A stretch of 64,000 bases of DNA, taken from Candidatus Lustribacter sp. GTDB lineage: Bacteria; Vulcanimicrobiota; Vulcanimicrobiia; Vulcanimicrobiales; Vulcanimicrobiaceae. How positions within the stretch are numbered: position 1 is the first letter of the stretch; each line of letters starts with the position of its first letter. Under the pieces are notes generated by a model. It worked only from the letters and a program-made list of their open reading frames with translations, was not told the origin of the DNA and ran no database searches. Shown piece by piece: positions 19,919-29,457 of this stretch. The stretch spans positions 4,672,001-4,736,000 of the forward strand of contig OZ255842.1 of the NCBI GenBank assembly GCA_965277805.1. The letters run 5' to 3'. A program made the translations under genes and the position numbers.

Positions 19919-20832
19919 GCGCGCAGGTTCCGGTCATCGACATCGGGGCGCTGCGCGCGAGCGATCCGGCCGCGCTGCGAACGCTCGCAGGGCAGATCGG
20001 CGTCGCCGCGCGCGAAACGGGCTTCTTCTCGGTCGTCAATCACTGCGTTCCGGCCGATCTCATCGAAGCCGTTTTCGCGCAGTCGGCCGCGTTCTTCGCG
20101 CAGCCGCTCGAACGGAAGGCGGAAGTCGGGATCGAATCGTCGCCGGAGTTTCGCGGCTACGCGCGCATCGGCTACGAGCAATTTGATGAAGCCCATCCGC
20201 CCGATGCCAAGGAATCGTTCGACGTCGGGCCCGACCGGAATCTCTGGCCCGCCGGACTCCCCGGCTTTCAAGCAACGCTCGAACGCTACTACGCAGCGCT
20301 GCTCGCGCTGACGGTCGCCATCCATCGCCCGATCGCGCTCGATCTGGGCGTCGGCGAAGACTTCTTTGCGTCCGCGTTCGACGGCGCGATCGCGATCGCG
20401 CGACTGCTCTACTATCCGCCGCATCCCGGAACGTTCGACGGAACGCTGCACGGGTCGGCGCCGCACACCGACTACGGTAACGTCACGTTTCTCGCGCAGG
20501 ACGACGCCGGCGGTCTCGAACTGCGCGCGCGCGACGGTACGTGGATCGGCATCGATCCGACACCCGGCGCGTTCGTGTGTAACATCGGCGACTGCTTGAT
20601 GCGCTGGAGCAACGACGTCTACGTGTCGAACCTGCACCGGGTCGTCAACCGTTCCGGACGCGCGCGGTACTCGGTCGCGTTTTTCGGCGACCCGGCAGCG
20701 GATGCGATGGTGGCGTGTCTGCCGTCGTGCGCCACGGCCGAGCGACCGGCGAAGTACCCGCCCGTGACCTACGGTGATTATCTGCGGAAGCGACTCACGG
20801 CGGCATACCCGCTGAAAGCAGGATTGGGCTAG
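19915..20832 (+). CDS. IPNS-family 2OG-Fe(II) oxygenase (copy 2)
   Basis: GTG 19915 overlaps the permease stop. HTDYG, HRV and RYS motifs. Close paralog of 17610-18569. Confidence 0.92.
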   Translation: MSAQVPVIDIGALRASDPAALRTLAGQIGVAARETGFFSVVNHCVPADLIEAVFAQSAAFFAQPLERKAEVGIESSPEFRGYARIGYEQFDEAHPPDAKESFDVGPDRNLWPAGLPGFQATLERYYAALLALTVAIHRPIALDLGVGEDFFASAFDGAIAIARLLYYPPHPGTFDGTLHGSAPHTDYGNVTFLAQDDAGGLELRARDGTWIGIDPTPGAFVCNIGDCLMRWSNDVYVSNLHRVVNRSGRARYSVAFFGDPAADAMVACLPSCATAERPAKYPPVTYGDYLRKRLTAAYPLKAGLG

Positions 20833-20872
20833 ACCGCGGAGGGACGCTAGCACAGCCGAAGAGGAGCACCCA

Positions 20873-21772
20873 ATGCAGGACAAAATCGCCCGATTGCTCG
20901 CCGAGATGAAGATGAGCATGCCGCTCACGCCGGAGGACATCAAGGCCATCCGCGAGCTGTACACGCCGTTTCAAGAAGTCGAGCCGTACGAGAACGTGGG
21001 CGTCTACCGCAACCAAGCGTACGGGTCGCATCCGCGGCAGCAGCTCGATGTGTTCGCACCCGACGGCATCGCCGAACCGCGGCCGGTGTTGATCTTCGTC
21101 CACGGCGGCGGGTTCGTCGGCGGCGAGCGCCGCACGCCCGGCACCCCGTTCTACGACAACGTCGGCGTCTGGGCTGCGCGCAACGGCTTCGTCGGCGTGA
21201 CGATGTCCTACCGGCTGGCGCCCGAGTTCAAGTTTCCGGCCGGCCCCGACGACATCGGCGGCGCGGTCGCGTGGGTGCGGCAGAACATCGCGGCGCACGG
21301 CGGCGACCCCGACGCGATCGTGCTGCTCGGTCAGTCGGCCGGTGCCTCACACGTTGCCGCTTACGGCGCGAGCCCGAAGCGAGATGAAAACGTGCGCGCG
21401 ATCGCGCTGATGTCGGGCGTGTACGACTACGAAGCGTTCGATCCGGCACCGAACGTCATTGCCTACACCGGCGAAGGCACGGCCGCGCTGAAGGCGGCGT
21501 CGGCGATCGAAGGCCTCGTTGCCTCGCGGCTGCCGGTGCTGGTGTGCGTTTCGGAATTCGACACGCCCCATTTCCACGAGCAAGCACATCTGCTCACCCA
21601 GGCGATCTATCATCGCGACGGGCGCGTTGCGAACTTCCAATACTTGCCGCGGCACAACCATCTTTCGCAGATCTCGCACCTCAACGCCAAGGGCATCGAG
21701 GACCAAGTCCTGAGCGACCGGCTCGCCGAGTTCGTGCGCGCCTACACCACGCCCGCTGTTCCAGCGTTTTAA
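20873..21772 (+). CDS. alpha/beta hydrolase (HSL/arylformamidase-like)
   Basis: HGGGF, GQSAG nucleophile elbow, C-terminal His. SD GAGGAG. Confidence 0.88.
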   Translation: MQDKIARLLAEMKMSMPLTPEDIKAIRELYTPFQEVEPYENVGVYRNQAYGSHPRQQLDVFAPDGIAEPRPVLIFVHGGGFVGGERRTPGTPFYDNVGVWAARNGFVGVTMSYRLAPEFKFPAGPDDIGGAVAWVRQNIAAHGGDPDAIVLLGQSAGASHVAAYGASPKRDENVRAIALMSGVYDYEAFDPAPNVIAYTGEGTAALKAASAIEGLVASRLPVLVCVSEFDTPHFHEQAHLLTQAIYHRDGRVANFQYLPRHNHLSQISHLNAKGIEDQVLSDRLAEFVRAYTTPAVPAF

Positions 21773-21773
21773 C

Positions 21774-22820
21774 GTGCGCGGGCCGGCGGTGTCGCGGGCC
21801 GCGGCGCTGGCCGTGCTCGTCGCATTGTGCGCGCAGCCGGCGCCGGCGGTTCGCGCTGCGGATCAACCGGCGACCGATACGGTTCGCTTGGCCATCAACA
21901 CCGAGGCCTATAATAATCTGCCGCTGTTCGTGGCGATGGACAACGGCTATTTCCAGCAGCAGCACCTCAACATCGTCGTCGTTCCGTACACCGGTTCGTC
22001 GCTGACGCAACTGCCGTTCCTCGCGCGCGGCGAAATCGACCTGACCGGGATCGCACCGGCGCCCGGTCTGTTCAACCTCGGCACGCAGGGCTTCAACGTC
22101 AAGATCGTGGCGTCGCTCGGTGGTGCGCGGAAGGGCTGGAACGGCACGTCGTGGATGATGGTGCGCCAAGACCTGTGGGATGCGAAGAAGATCGCTAAAC
22201 CCTCCGACCTGCGCGGGATGCACGTCGACGTTGCGGTCGCCGGATCGCCGAACGACATCCTGGCCCGCGAAACGATTCGCCTAGCGGGGTTGACGCCGTC
22301 CGACCTCACGCTCACGGACGCCGTGCGCACGCCACCCAGCTGGTTTTCGGCGCTGCGCAATCACGCGATCGACGTGCAGTGCGCCACCGAACCATACGCG
22401 ACGCAGCTCGAGCGCGAAGGCCTCGCGCACAAATGGATCTCGTATCCCGACAGCGCTCCCTGGTTTCAGGATTTTTACCTTGCCGCCTCGCCGGCATTCG
22501 CGCGCGATCACCACGATGTGGTGCGGCGTTTTCTCATCGCCTATCTGCAAGGCGCGCGCGACATCACCAGTGCTGGTCCGGTCTGGCAGACGAAAATGGC
22601 CGCCGAGGTCTCGAAGTGGTCGCAGGTGCCGGTCGCGACCATCATGCAGATTCCGGGCCCGGCTTACCCCGGACCACAGGGCGCGGTGAACCTCGCCTCA
22701 CTCGAGCGCGTGCAAAACTACTGGGTCGCGCAGGGGCTCGTGAAAACACCCGAGCCCTTAACCGACATTCTCGATCTCACGGCGCTCGGCGAAGCGCGAA
22801 AGGCACTCCGCATCCGATGA
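21774..22820 (+). CDS. ABC substrate-binding protein, NMT1/SsuA/Thi5-like
   Basis: Signal peptide, PLFVA...GYF, L.RGEID, DLRG..V, periplasmic binding fold pattern. Confidence 0.82.
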   Translation: MRGPAVSRAAALAVLVALCAQPAPAVRAADQPATDTVRLAINTEAYNNLPLFVAMDNGYFQQQHLNIVVVPYTGSSLTQLPFLARGEIDLTGIAPAPGLFNLGTQGFNVKIVASLGGARKGWNGTSWMMVRQDLWDAKKIAKPSDLRGMHVDVAVAGSPNDILARETIRLAGLTPSDLTLTDAVRTPPSWFSALRNHAIDVQCATEPYATQLEREGLAHKWISYPDSAPWFQDFYLAASPAFARDHHDVVRRFLIAYLQGARDITSAGPVWQTKMAAEVSKWSQVPVATIMQIPGPAYPGPQGAVNLASLERVQNYWVAQGLVKTPEPLTDILDLTALGEARKALRIR

Positions 22821-23848
22821 AATTCGGTGCTTTCGACCATCTCGACCGCGGCATCGTCAATACCAGCCAACAATACGAAGAGCGCCTGCAGCTGGTCGAG
22901 GCGTACGAGCAAAGCGGCTGGTTCCACGCGTTTCAGATGACCGAACATCACGGCACGCCGCTGGGAATGGCGCCGTGTCCGAGCATCTTCCTCGCCGCCG
23001 CCGCGCAGCGCACGACGACGCTGCGGCTGGGCACGCTCGTCTACACGCTGGCGGCCTATCATCCGTACCGCTTCTTCGAAGAGATCTGCATGATCGACCA
23101 GATGAGTTGCGGCCGCCTCGATTTGGGTGTGGGCCGCGGCGTCTCACCGATCGAGCTGAGCTTCCTCAACGTCGACATCAAAGACGCCGACGAAATGTAC
23201 GCCGAGTCGCTCGAAGTGCTGCTGCGCATGTTCGCGGACGGCGCGGGCGGTACGCTGAACTTTCAGGGCAAGCACTATCAGTTCGACGACGCGCCGATCG
23301 TGATGGAGACCTTCCAGAAGCCGCATCCGCCGCTGTGGTACGGCATCGGCACCCCCGACCGCACGATCTGGGCGGCGAAGCATCGCGTGAATCTGATGAC
23401 GAACCACAAGGCGGCGGACGCGCGCCTCATTCACGACCGCTACCAGCTCGAATGGGCCAACGCCGGGCACGATCCGCACGATTTCCCGTTCTTCGGCACG
23501 GTCAAGCACATGGTCATCGCCGACACCGACGAAGAAGCGCTGGCGTTAGCGCGGCCGGCCTACGCGATGTACACGAACCACACGACCCTGTTGTGGAAGC
23601 AGCGCAACATCCCACGGCTGCGCGCCTGGGTCGATGACTTCGACGAAGCGCGCGCCGGCGGTCTGGTCTTCGCGGGCAGCCCGAAGACCGTGCGCGACGC
23701 GCTCGCGAAGTTCATCGAGGAGTCCGGCATCAACTACCTCGCCTGCCGCGTCGCCTTCGGCGATCTCACCTTCGAGCAGTCACTGCACTCATTGGATCTG
23801 CTCACCAAACACGTTCTGCCCGATCTCGCCGATTTGGTGCCGGCCTGA
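22817..23848 (+). CDS. LLM-class flavin-dependent oxidoreductase
   Basis: MKFG.FDH, EHH.TP, RT..LRLGTLVY, GRLDLGVGRG, QKPHPPLWYG. ATGA overlap with the upstream gene. Confidence 0.92.
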   Translation: MKFGAFDHLDRGIVNTSQQYEERLQLVEAYEQSGWFHAFQMTEHHGTPLGMAPCPSIFLAAAAQRTTTLRLGTLVYTLAAYHPYRFFEEICMIDQMSCGRLDLGVGRGVSPIELSFLNVDIKDADEMYAESLEVLLRMFADGAGGTLNFQGKHYQFDDAPIVMETFQKPHPPLWYGIGTPDRTIWAAKHRVNLMTNHKAADARLIHDRYQLEWANAGHDPHDFPFFGTVKHMVIADTDEEALALARPAYAMYTNHTTLLWKQRNIPRLRAWVDDFDEARAGGLVFAGSPKTVRDALAKFIEESGINYLACRVAFGDLTFEQSLHSLDLLTKHVLPDLADLVPA

Positions 23849-23852
23849 CCGG

Positions 23853-25241
23853 TTAGCCGCTCAGCCAGATGTAACGCGCGATGAGCAGAACGGCGACGAG
23901 GTAGAGAAGCGGGTCGACGGATTTGCCGCGGCCGCTCAGCAGCATGATCAGTGAGTAGCTGATCACGCCGAAGCTTACGCCGTTGGCGATCGAGAACGTC
24001 AGCGGCATCGTGACGACGGTGAGAAAAGCGGAGATGAGGACGGCGTAGTCGCCCCAGTCGATCGTCTTCAAACCGTCGAGCATCAGTGCGCCGACGACGA
24101 TTAGTGCCGGTGCCGTAGCGGCGGCCGGAATCGCCGCCGCCAGCGGCCACAACACCATCGAGAGAAGGAACAGCACCGCGACCGTCGTCGAGACGAGGCC
24201 GGTGCGCCCGCCTTCTTCGATGCCGCTGGCGCTCTCGATGTACGCGGTCGTCGTGCTGGTGCCGAGGAACGCGCCGCAGATCGCCGCCAAACCATCGCAC
24301 GCAAACGTGCGGCGCGCGCGCGGCAAGTTGCCGTCGGCATCGAGTACGCCGGCTTTATTGGCCAGCGCCACGAGCGTTCCGGTGGCGTCGAAAAAGTCGA
24401 CGAAGAAGAACGTGAACACGACCGCGAGGATGCCGAGACCGGCCGCTGCGTGCAGATCGAGCGCGCCGATCAAGCCGGTTGGAACGATCGGCAATTGAAC
24501 GATGCCGTTGGTGAAACCGGCGAACGGCACCATCGCGCCTTTGGGCCCGAAGTAGACCGGTGCGCGGGTGACGATCGCAAGGACGGTCGAGACGAGGATG
24601 CCGATCAGGATCGCCCCGGGAATCTTCCGCACCAGCAGCACCGACGTGAGGATCAAGCCGACCACCGCGATCAGCACGCCCGGCGACGTCATCGAGCCGA
24701 GCGTGACGAACGTGTCGGGGTTGGCCAGTACCGCCCCGCAGTTCTTGAGCCCGAGGAACGCGAGGAACATGCCGATGCCGGCGGTGACCGAGTACTTCAG
24801 GTGGTTGGGGATCGCGCGCACGACGGCTTGCCGCGCGCCGATGATCGCCAGGATCACGAAGATTGCGCCCGAGATCGCGACCGCGCCGAGCGCCGTCTGC
24901 CACGGGATCTTCTGGCCGAGCACGACCGTGAAGGCGAAGTAGGCGTTGAGGCCCATACCCGGCGCCTGCGCGAACGGGTAGCGCGCGACCAGCCCCATCA
25001 GGAGGCTGCCGATCGCGGCTGCCAGGGCCGTCACGACCAGCAGCTTGGCGAAGCCGTCTGGGATCTGAATGGCGTTGCCGAGGACCTGCGGGTTGACCAG
25101 CAGGACGTACGACATCGTGAGGAACGTGGTGAGCCCGGCGCGCAGTTCGCGCGGAATTGTCGACCCCGCCGCTGCGATACCGAAGTAGCGATCGATCATG
25201 AAGAAGGCTCCGCCGTGCAGCTTTTCTTCTCCCCCTGCCAT
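23853..25241 (-). CDS. NCS2/AzgA-PbuG family adenine/guanine/hypoxanthine permease
   Basis: AGLTTFLTMSY...VNP, APGMGLNAYFAF, DFFDATGTL, TAYIESASG..EGGRTG, MPLTFSIA.G. Confidence 0.93.
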   Translation of the reverse strand: MAGGEEKLHGGAFFMIDRYFGIAAAGSTIPRELRAGLTTFLTMSYVLLVNPQVLGNAIQIPDGFAKLLVVTALAAAIGSLLMGLVARYPFAQAPGMGLNAYFAFTVVLGQKIPWQTALGAVAISGAIFVILAIIGARQAVVRAIPNHLKYSVTAGIGMFLAFLGLKNCGAVLANPDTFVTLGSMTSPGVLIAVVGLILTSVLLVRKIPGAILIGILVSTVLAIVTRAPVYFGPKGAMVPFAGFTNGIVQLPIVPTGLIGALDLHAAAGLGILAVVFTFFFVDFFDATGTLVALANKAGVLDADGNLPRARRTFACDGLAAICGAFLGTSTTTAYIESASGIEEGGRTGLVSTTVAVLFLLSMVLWPLAAAIPAAATAPALIVVGALMLDGLKTIDWGDYAVLISAFLTVVTMPLTFSIANGVSFGVISYSLIMLLSGRGKSVDPLLYLVAVLLIARYIWLSG

Positions 25242-25297
25242 TTGACAGACGTCGCCCGACCTGAGATGATACCGCGAACATTTTGAGGACGGAGCCG

Positions 25298-26347
25298 ATG
25301 ATGATCGAGCAGAGCGAAGAACGGACTGCGGAGCAAACTGAACTGGATCGGCGCTTTACGGCGATGCCGAAGGCCGAGATCCACGTGCATCTCGAGGGTG
25401 CCACGGCCCCCGATGCGTCGTACGCGATCGCGCGGCGGAATAAGGTCGACCTGCCCGTCGGCTCCCTCGACGAATGGCGCCGGTACTTCGATTTCCGCGA
25501 CTTTCCGCACTTCATCGACGTCTACCGCAGCACGACCGACACGATCCGCACGACCGACGACCTCGCGTTGATGGTGGCCCAGTTCTACGTCGACCAGGCG
25601 CGGCAGAACGTGCGCTACTCGGAGTGCTTCATCAGCATGTCGCTGCATCTGCGGCGCCTGAGCGCGGCCGAGATCCTCGACGCGATCGCTCAGGGGAGCG
25701 AGCGCGGACAAACGGTGTCGAGCGCGCGCGTCGCATTCATCGCCGACATCTCGCGCGAGGATCCGCATACGCAAGGCGCCGTGCTCGACCTCGCGCTGTG
25801 GGGCCAGCGGCGCGGCTTGATCATCGGCATCGGCCTGGGCGGTCTCGAGAAAGAGTTTCCGCCGCACCTCTTCCGCGAGACCTACGCTCGCGCACGCGAT
25901 GCCGGCTTGCACGTCGTCGCACACGCCGGCGAAGCCGCCGGCTGGGAGAGCATTCGCGGTGCGATCGACGATCTGCACTCGGAACGCATCGGCCACGGCA
26001 TCCGCATCGTCGATTCGCCCGAGTACGCGGCGGTGATGGCCGAGCGTCAGATCCCGTTCGAAGTGTGTCCGGTGAGCAACTACGCGATCGGCTCGACGCC
26101 GATCGACAAGCCGCATCCGATCCGGCAAATGGTCGATCTGGGCATTCGCTGCACCGTCAACTCCGACGATCCGGCAATGTTCAGCACGAACCTGGCCGCG
26201 CAGTACGCCCTGCTGGCGGAACAGGGCTTCAGTTGGGATGAACTCTGGAAGCTCAACACGCAAACGCTCGATTCGACGTTCCTGAGCGCTGCGGAAAAGG
26301 CCGCGTACCGTCGCGAATGGGAAGATTTCGCCGCGTCGCTCGGCTAA
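25298..26347 (+). CDS. add: adenosine/adenine deaminase (copy 2)
   Basis: PKAEIHVHLEG, F.DF.HFID.Y, AHAGE, ERIGHG, EVCPVSN, NSDDP.MF. Confidence 0.88.
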   Translation: MMIEQSEERTAEQTELDRRFTAMPKAEIHVHLEGATAPDASYAIARRNKVDLPVGSLDEWRRYFDFRDFPHFIDVYRSTTDTIRTTDDLALMVAQFYVDQARQNVRYSECFISMSLHLRRLSAAEILDAIAQGSERGQTVSSARVAFIADISREDPHTQGAVLDLALWGQRRGLIIGIGLGGLEKEFPPHLFRETYARARDAGLHVVAHAGEAAGWESIRGAIDDLHSERIGHGIRIVDSPEYAAVMAERQIPFEVCPVSNYAIGSTPIDKPHPIRQMVDLGIRCTVNSDDPAMFSTNLAAQYALLAEQGFSWDELWKLNTQTLDSTFLSAAEKAAYRREWEDFAASLG

Positions 26348-26357
26348 CTCAACCGGC

Positions 26358-27275
26358 GTGAATCAATACCCGCGTGACATGGTCGGCTACGGCGCGCATC
26401 CGCCGCATGCCGCCTGGCCGAACGGCGCGCGCCTCGCGCTGCAGATCGTGATGAACTACGAAGAGGGATCGGAGTACTCGATCCCCGACGGCGACGGCAC
26501 CTCGGAGATGTACCTCACCGAAGTTCCGGGCGCCACCGTAGGGCCCGGCAAGCGCGACCTGATCGTCGAGTCGGTGTACGAATACGGCAGCCGGGCCGGG
26601 TTCTGGCGGCTGATGCGCATGTTCGCCGAGCGCAAGATCGACGTTACGGTATTCGGCGCGGCGCTCGCGCTCGAGCGCAATCCCGAAGCGGCGCGCGCGA
26701 TCGCCGATGCCGGACACGAAGTGTGTTCGCACGGCTGGCGCTGGGTCGGCTTCCAAGATATGGATATCGATGAAGAGCGGGCGCAGATGAGGCGCGCGGT
26801 CGCATCGATCGAGCAGACGATCGGTCAACGTCCGCTGGGCTGGTACTGCCGGTATGCGCCGAGCATCAACACGCGCAAGCTGGTCGTCGAAGAGGGCGGC
26901 TTTCTCTACGATTCAGACGACTACAACGACGATCTGCCCTATTGGGTGCGCGTCGGTGAGAAACCGCATCTCGTCATTCCGTATACGCTCGATGCCAACG
27001 ACATGAAGTTTTCGGTAGCGCCGGGATTCACGTCGGGCGACGGTTTCTTCAACTACCTCAAAGACGCGTTCGACGTGCTCTATGCGGAAGGCAAGACGAC
27101 GCCGAAGATGATGTCGGTGGGCTTGCACACGCGCCTCGCCGGCCGGCCCGGCCGCGCCGCGTCGCTCGCGCGCTTTCTCGATTACGTGCTCGAGCATAAG
27201 GACGTGTGGGTCGCGCGGCGCATCGACATCGCGCGGCACTGGATCGCGCAGCATCCGGCGGAGAAGTACCTCTGA
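26358..27275 (+). CDS. puuE: allantoinase PuuE (polysaccharide deacetylase fold)
   Basis: YPRD..GYG, WPNGAR.A, NYEEG.E, ES.YEYGSRAGFWR, HGWRW, PYTLD.NDM.F, PKMMS.GLH. Confidence 0.93.
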   Translation: MNQYPRDMVGYGAHPPHAAWPNGARLALQIVMNYEEGSEYSIPDGDGTSEMYLTEVPGATVGPGKRDLIVESVYEYGSRAGFWRLMRMFAERKIDVTVFGAALALERNPEAARAIADAGHEVCSHGWRWVGFQDMDIDEERAQMRRAVASIEQTIGQRPLGWYCRYAPSINTRKLVVEEGGFLYDSDDYNDDLPYWVRVGEKPHLVIPYTLDANDMKFSVAPGFTSGDGFFNYLKDAFDVLYAEGKTTPKMMSVGLHTRLAGRPGRAASLARFLDYVLEHKDVWVARRIDIARHWIAQHPAEKYL

Positions 27276-27277
27276 AC

Positions 27278-28507
27278 GTGCTTCCGTCGCCGCTGGCCGG
27301 TCGCTTGGCGCAGCTCGCAGCGCTCGGCGCGACCGGCCAGGGCATCGACCGCCGTCTCTTCTCGGCCGAAGATGCGCAGGCGCGGACGCTGTTCGCGCAG
27401 TGGGCGCGCGCTTCGAACTTCACCGTCGAGCAAGACCGCGCCGGCAACGTGTTCGCGCGGCGTGCGGGCAAACGTGACGGTGCGGCGATCCTCAGCGGAT
27501 CGCATCTTGACACGGTGCCGAACGGCGGCGCGTACGACGGCGCGTATGGTGCCGTGGCTGCGTTGTGCGCGCTCGAAGAACTCGATGCCGCCGGCATCGC
27601 GACGGAACATCCCATCGAAGCCGTCGCGTGGGCCGGTGAAGAGGGTAGCCGATTTCCGCTGGGTTGTTTGGGCAGCGGCGCGTTTGCCGGATTGAACGAA
27701 CTCGCCGCGATCGACGCGCTGCGCGACGATGAGGGCGTAACGTTTGCCGCCGCGCGCGCGGCCGCGAACGGCTTGCTCGCCGGCGTGCCGGTGCGCGACG
27801 GTTTCCCGCGTCCCGCCGGCTACGTCGAACTGCACATCGAGCAGGGCCCGGTGCTCGAACACCGCCGGGTGCGCTTGGGCGTCGTCACCGCAATCGCGGG
27901 CCAGGTGCGCGTTGAAATCGAGATCGTCGGCGAAGCGGGACATGCGGGCACGGTCCCGATGGAATTGCGTCACGATGCGTTGAGCGCGGCGGCGGAGCTG
28001 GCGCTCGCGCTCGAAGCCGCGGCGCGCACGATCGGCGAGTGCGTGCTGACGGTCGGACATCTCACCGTGTATCCGAATCAAACCAACGTCGTGCCCGGAC
28101 GCGTCGTGCTGCGGATCGACGCGCGCAGCGTCGATGAGGCGCGCCTCGTGGCGTTGCGCGCCGCAATCGAGGACTGCGCAGTTCGCGCGGCGGCCGCGCG
28201 CGGCGTGCGCATCACGGCGACGCCGATCGAAGAACGCCGCGTGGTGGCGATGGACCAGCGGCTGCGCGGCGCGGTGGCGGCCGCGATCGCGGAACTCGGC
28301 GAGCGGGCGATCGATCTGCCGAGCGGTGCGGGACACGACGCGATGTGCGTCGCAGCGGTAGCGCCGGCGGCGATGATCTTCGTTCCGAGCGCCGGTGGTC
28401 TCAGCCACGTGGGGAACGAGTACACCACGCCCGAGGATTTGCAACTGGGCGTCACGGCGCTCACCCGGTCGATCGCGGCGATCGACCGTCTCTTGGCAAA
28501 GGACTGA
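27278..28507 (+). CDS. allantoate amidohydrolase-like Zn hydrolase (M20)
   Basis: GSHLDTVPNGG.YDG.YG, EEGSRF, ELHIEQGP.LE, HAGT.PM, SGAGHDAM, GG.SH...E. Start GTG 27278 or CTG 27272. Confidence 0.88.
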   Translation: MLPSPLAGRLAQLAALGATGQGIDRRLFSAEDAQARTLFAQWARASNFTVEQDRAGNVFARRAGKRDGAAILSGSHLDTVPNGGAYDGAYGAVAALCALEELDAAGIATEHPIEAVAWAGEEGSRFPLGCLGSGAFAGLNELAAIDALRDDEGVTFAAARAAANGLLAGVPVRDGFPRPAGYVELHIEQGPVLEHRRVRLGVVTAIAGQVRVEIEIVGEAGHAGTVPMELRHDALSAAAELALALEAAARTIGECVLTVGHLTVYPNQTNVVPGRVVLRIDARSVDEARLVALRAAIEDCAVRAAAARGVRITATPIEERRVVAMDQRLRGAVAAAIAELGERAIDLPSGAGHDAMCVAAVAPAAMIFVPSAGGLSHVGNEYTTPEDLQLGVTALTRSIAAIDRLLAKD

Positions 28508-28510
28508 TAC

Positions 28511-28885
28511 GTGCGCTTTTTCATCTGCGGGTCGGCGCTCACGGGGCAACCCGATCACAAAAATCTCGGCGAAGCAAAACTCGTCGGTCCGGCGCAAACC
28601 GCTGCGAAGTACCGTCTGCACTCGGTCCGCGGCGAGCACCCCGGGATCTACGAAGTGGCCGAGGGCGGGGTCTCGATCAAGGGCGAGGTGTACGAGATGA
28701 GCGACGCGCAGCACGCGCACTTGATCTCAACCGAACCGCCCGATCTCTACGAGTCGCCGATCGAACTCGAAGACGGCAGCAAGATCAGCGCGATGATCTA
28801 CCCGCGCGACCTGATCGAGTCGCGCAAGTATCCCGACATCTCGCAATACGGCGGCTGGGCCGCGTTCAAAAAAGCCAACCCCTAA
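28511..28885 (+). CDS. gamma-glutamylcyclotransferase-fold protein (allophanate hydrolase C-domain-like)
   Basis: FICGS...G.P.H, T..KYRL, HPG, SI.GEVY, EPP.L....IEL.DG, DIS.YGGW.AF, resembling the C-terminal domain of allophanate hydrolases. Confidence 0.75.
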   Translation: MRFFICGSALTGQPDHKNLGEAKLVGPAQTAAKYRLHSVRGEHPGIYEVAEGGVSIKGEVYEMSDAQHAHLISTEPPDLYESPIELEDGSKISAMIYPRDLIESRKYPDISQYGGWAAFKKANP

Positions 28886-29112
28886 ACGGGCGGCGGCGCC
28901 GGCGGGCCGAAGCCGATGACGATGTAGGCGCACTTCTGGCAGAGCAGGATCTCGGCCGGAAATTTTTGCGGCGAACCGGGCTTTACGTCGTAGTTCGAGT
29001 ACATCGTGCCGGCTTCGGGCGGTTTGAAACAGCCCGTGCAAGCAACTTCGCCGCCGGTCGCTTCCTGGACATCGCGCCGCGTATAGTACTCGACGACATC
29101 TACGATGGTCAT
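28882..29112 (-). CDS. small hypothetical protein with two CxxC pairs (76 aa)
   Basis: SD AAGGAG upstream, CTGC and CQKC. Directly follows uraH. Confidence 0.6.
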   Translation of the reverse strand: MTIVDVVEYYTRRDVQEATGGEVACTGCFKPPEAGTMYSNYDVKPGSPQKFPAEILLCQKCAYIVIGFGPPAPPPV

Positions 29113-29127
29113 GGGATGCGGGTCTCC

Positions 29128-29457
29128 TTAGCTTCCACGATACGTTGAGTAGCCCCACGGCGACAAGAGCAGCGGGACGTGATACTTGCGGGCGGCGTCG
29201 TCGACGTGAAACCGGATCGTGATCTCGTCGTAGAACGCGGGCACGTTCTTGGCCGCGAAGTACGGCGCGACGCTGAAGATCAGTTCGTACATGCCGGCCG
29301 ACAGGATCTCCGCCATCGGGTTATCGGTGCGGCCGTCCGCATTCGTGACCGATGTCGAGACGTGCGTGCGCACGTTCCCGTCGACCGCAAAGAGCATGAC
29401 GGTGATGCGCGCAGCCGGCTGTCCGGTCGAGGTGTCGAGCACGTGCGTCGAAAGCAT
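29128..29457 (-). CDS. uraH: 5-hydroxyisourate hydrolase
   Basis: LSTHVLDT..G.PA, TN.DGR, YHVPLLLSPWGYSTYRGS signature. Confidence 0.96.
   Translation of the reverse strand: MLSTHVLDTSTGQPAARITVMLFAVDGNVRTHVSTSVTNADGRTDNPMAEILSAGMYELIFSVAPYFAAKNVPAFYDEITIRFHVDDAARKYHVPLLLSPWGYSTYRGS

Noticed and set aside
17610-20832. Beta-lactam biosynthesis from IPNS-like genes
   Set aside because: No ACV synthetase or NRPS. The RxS 2OG-binding motif and the purine context indicate catabolic oxygenases.
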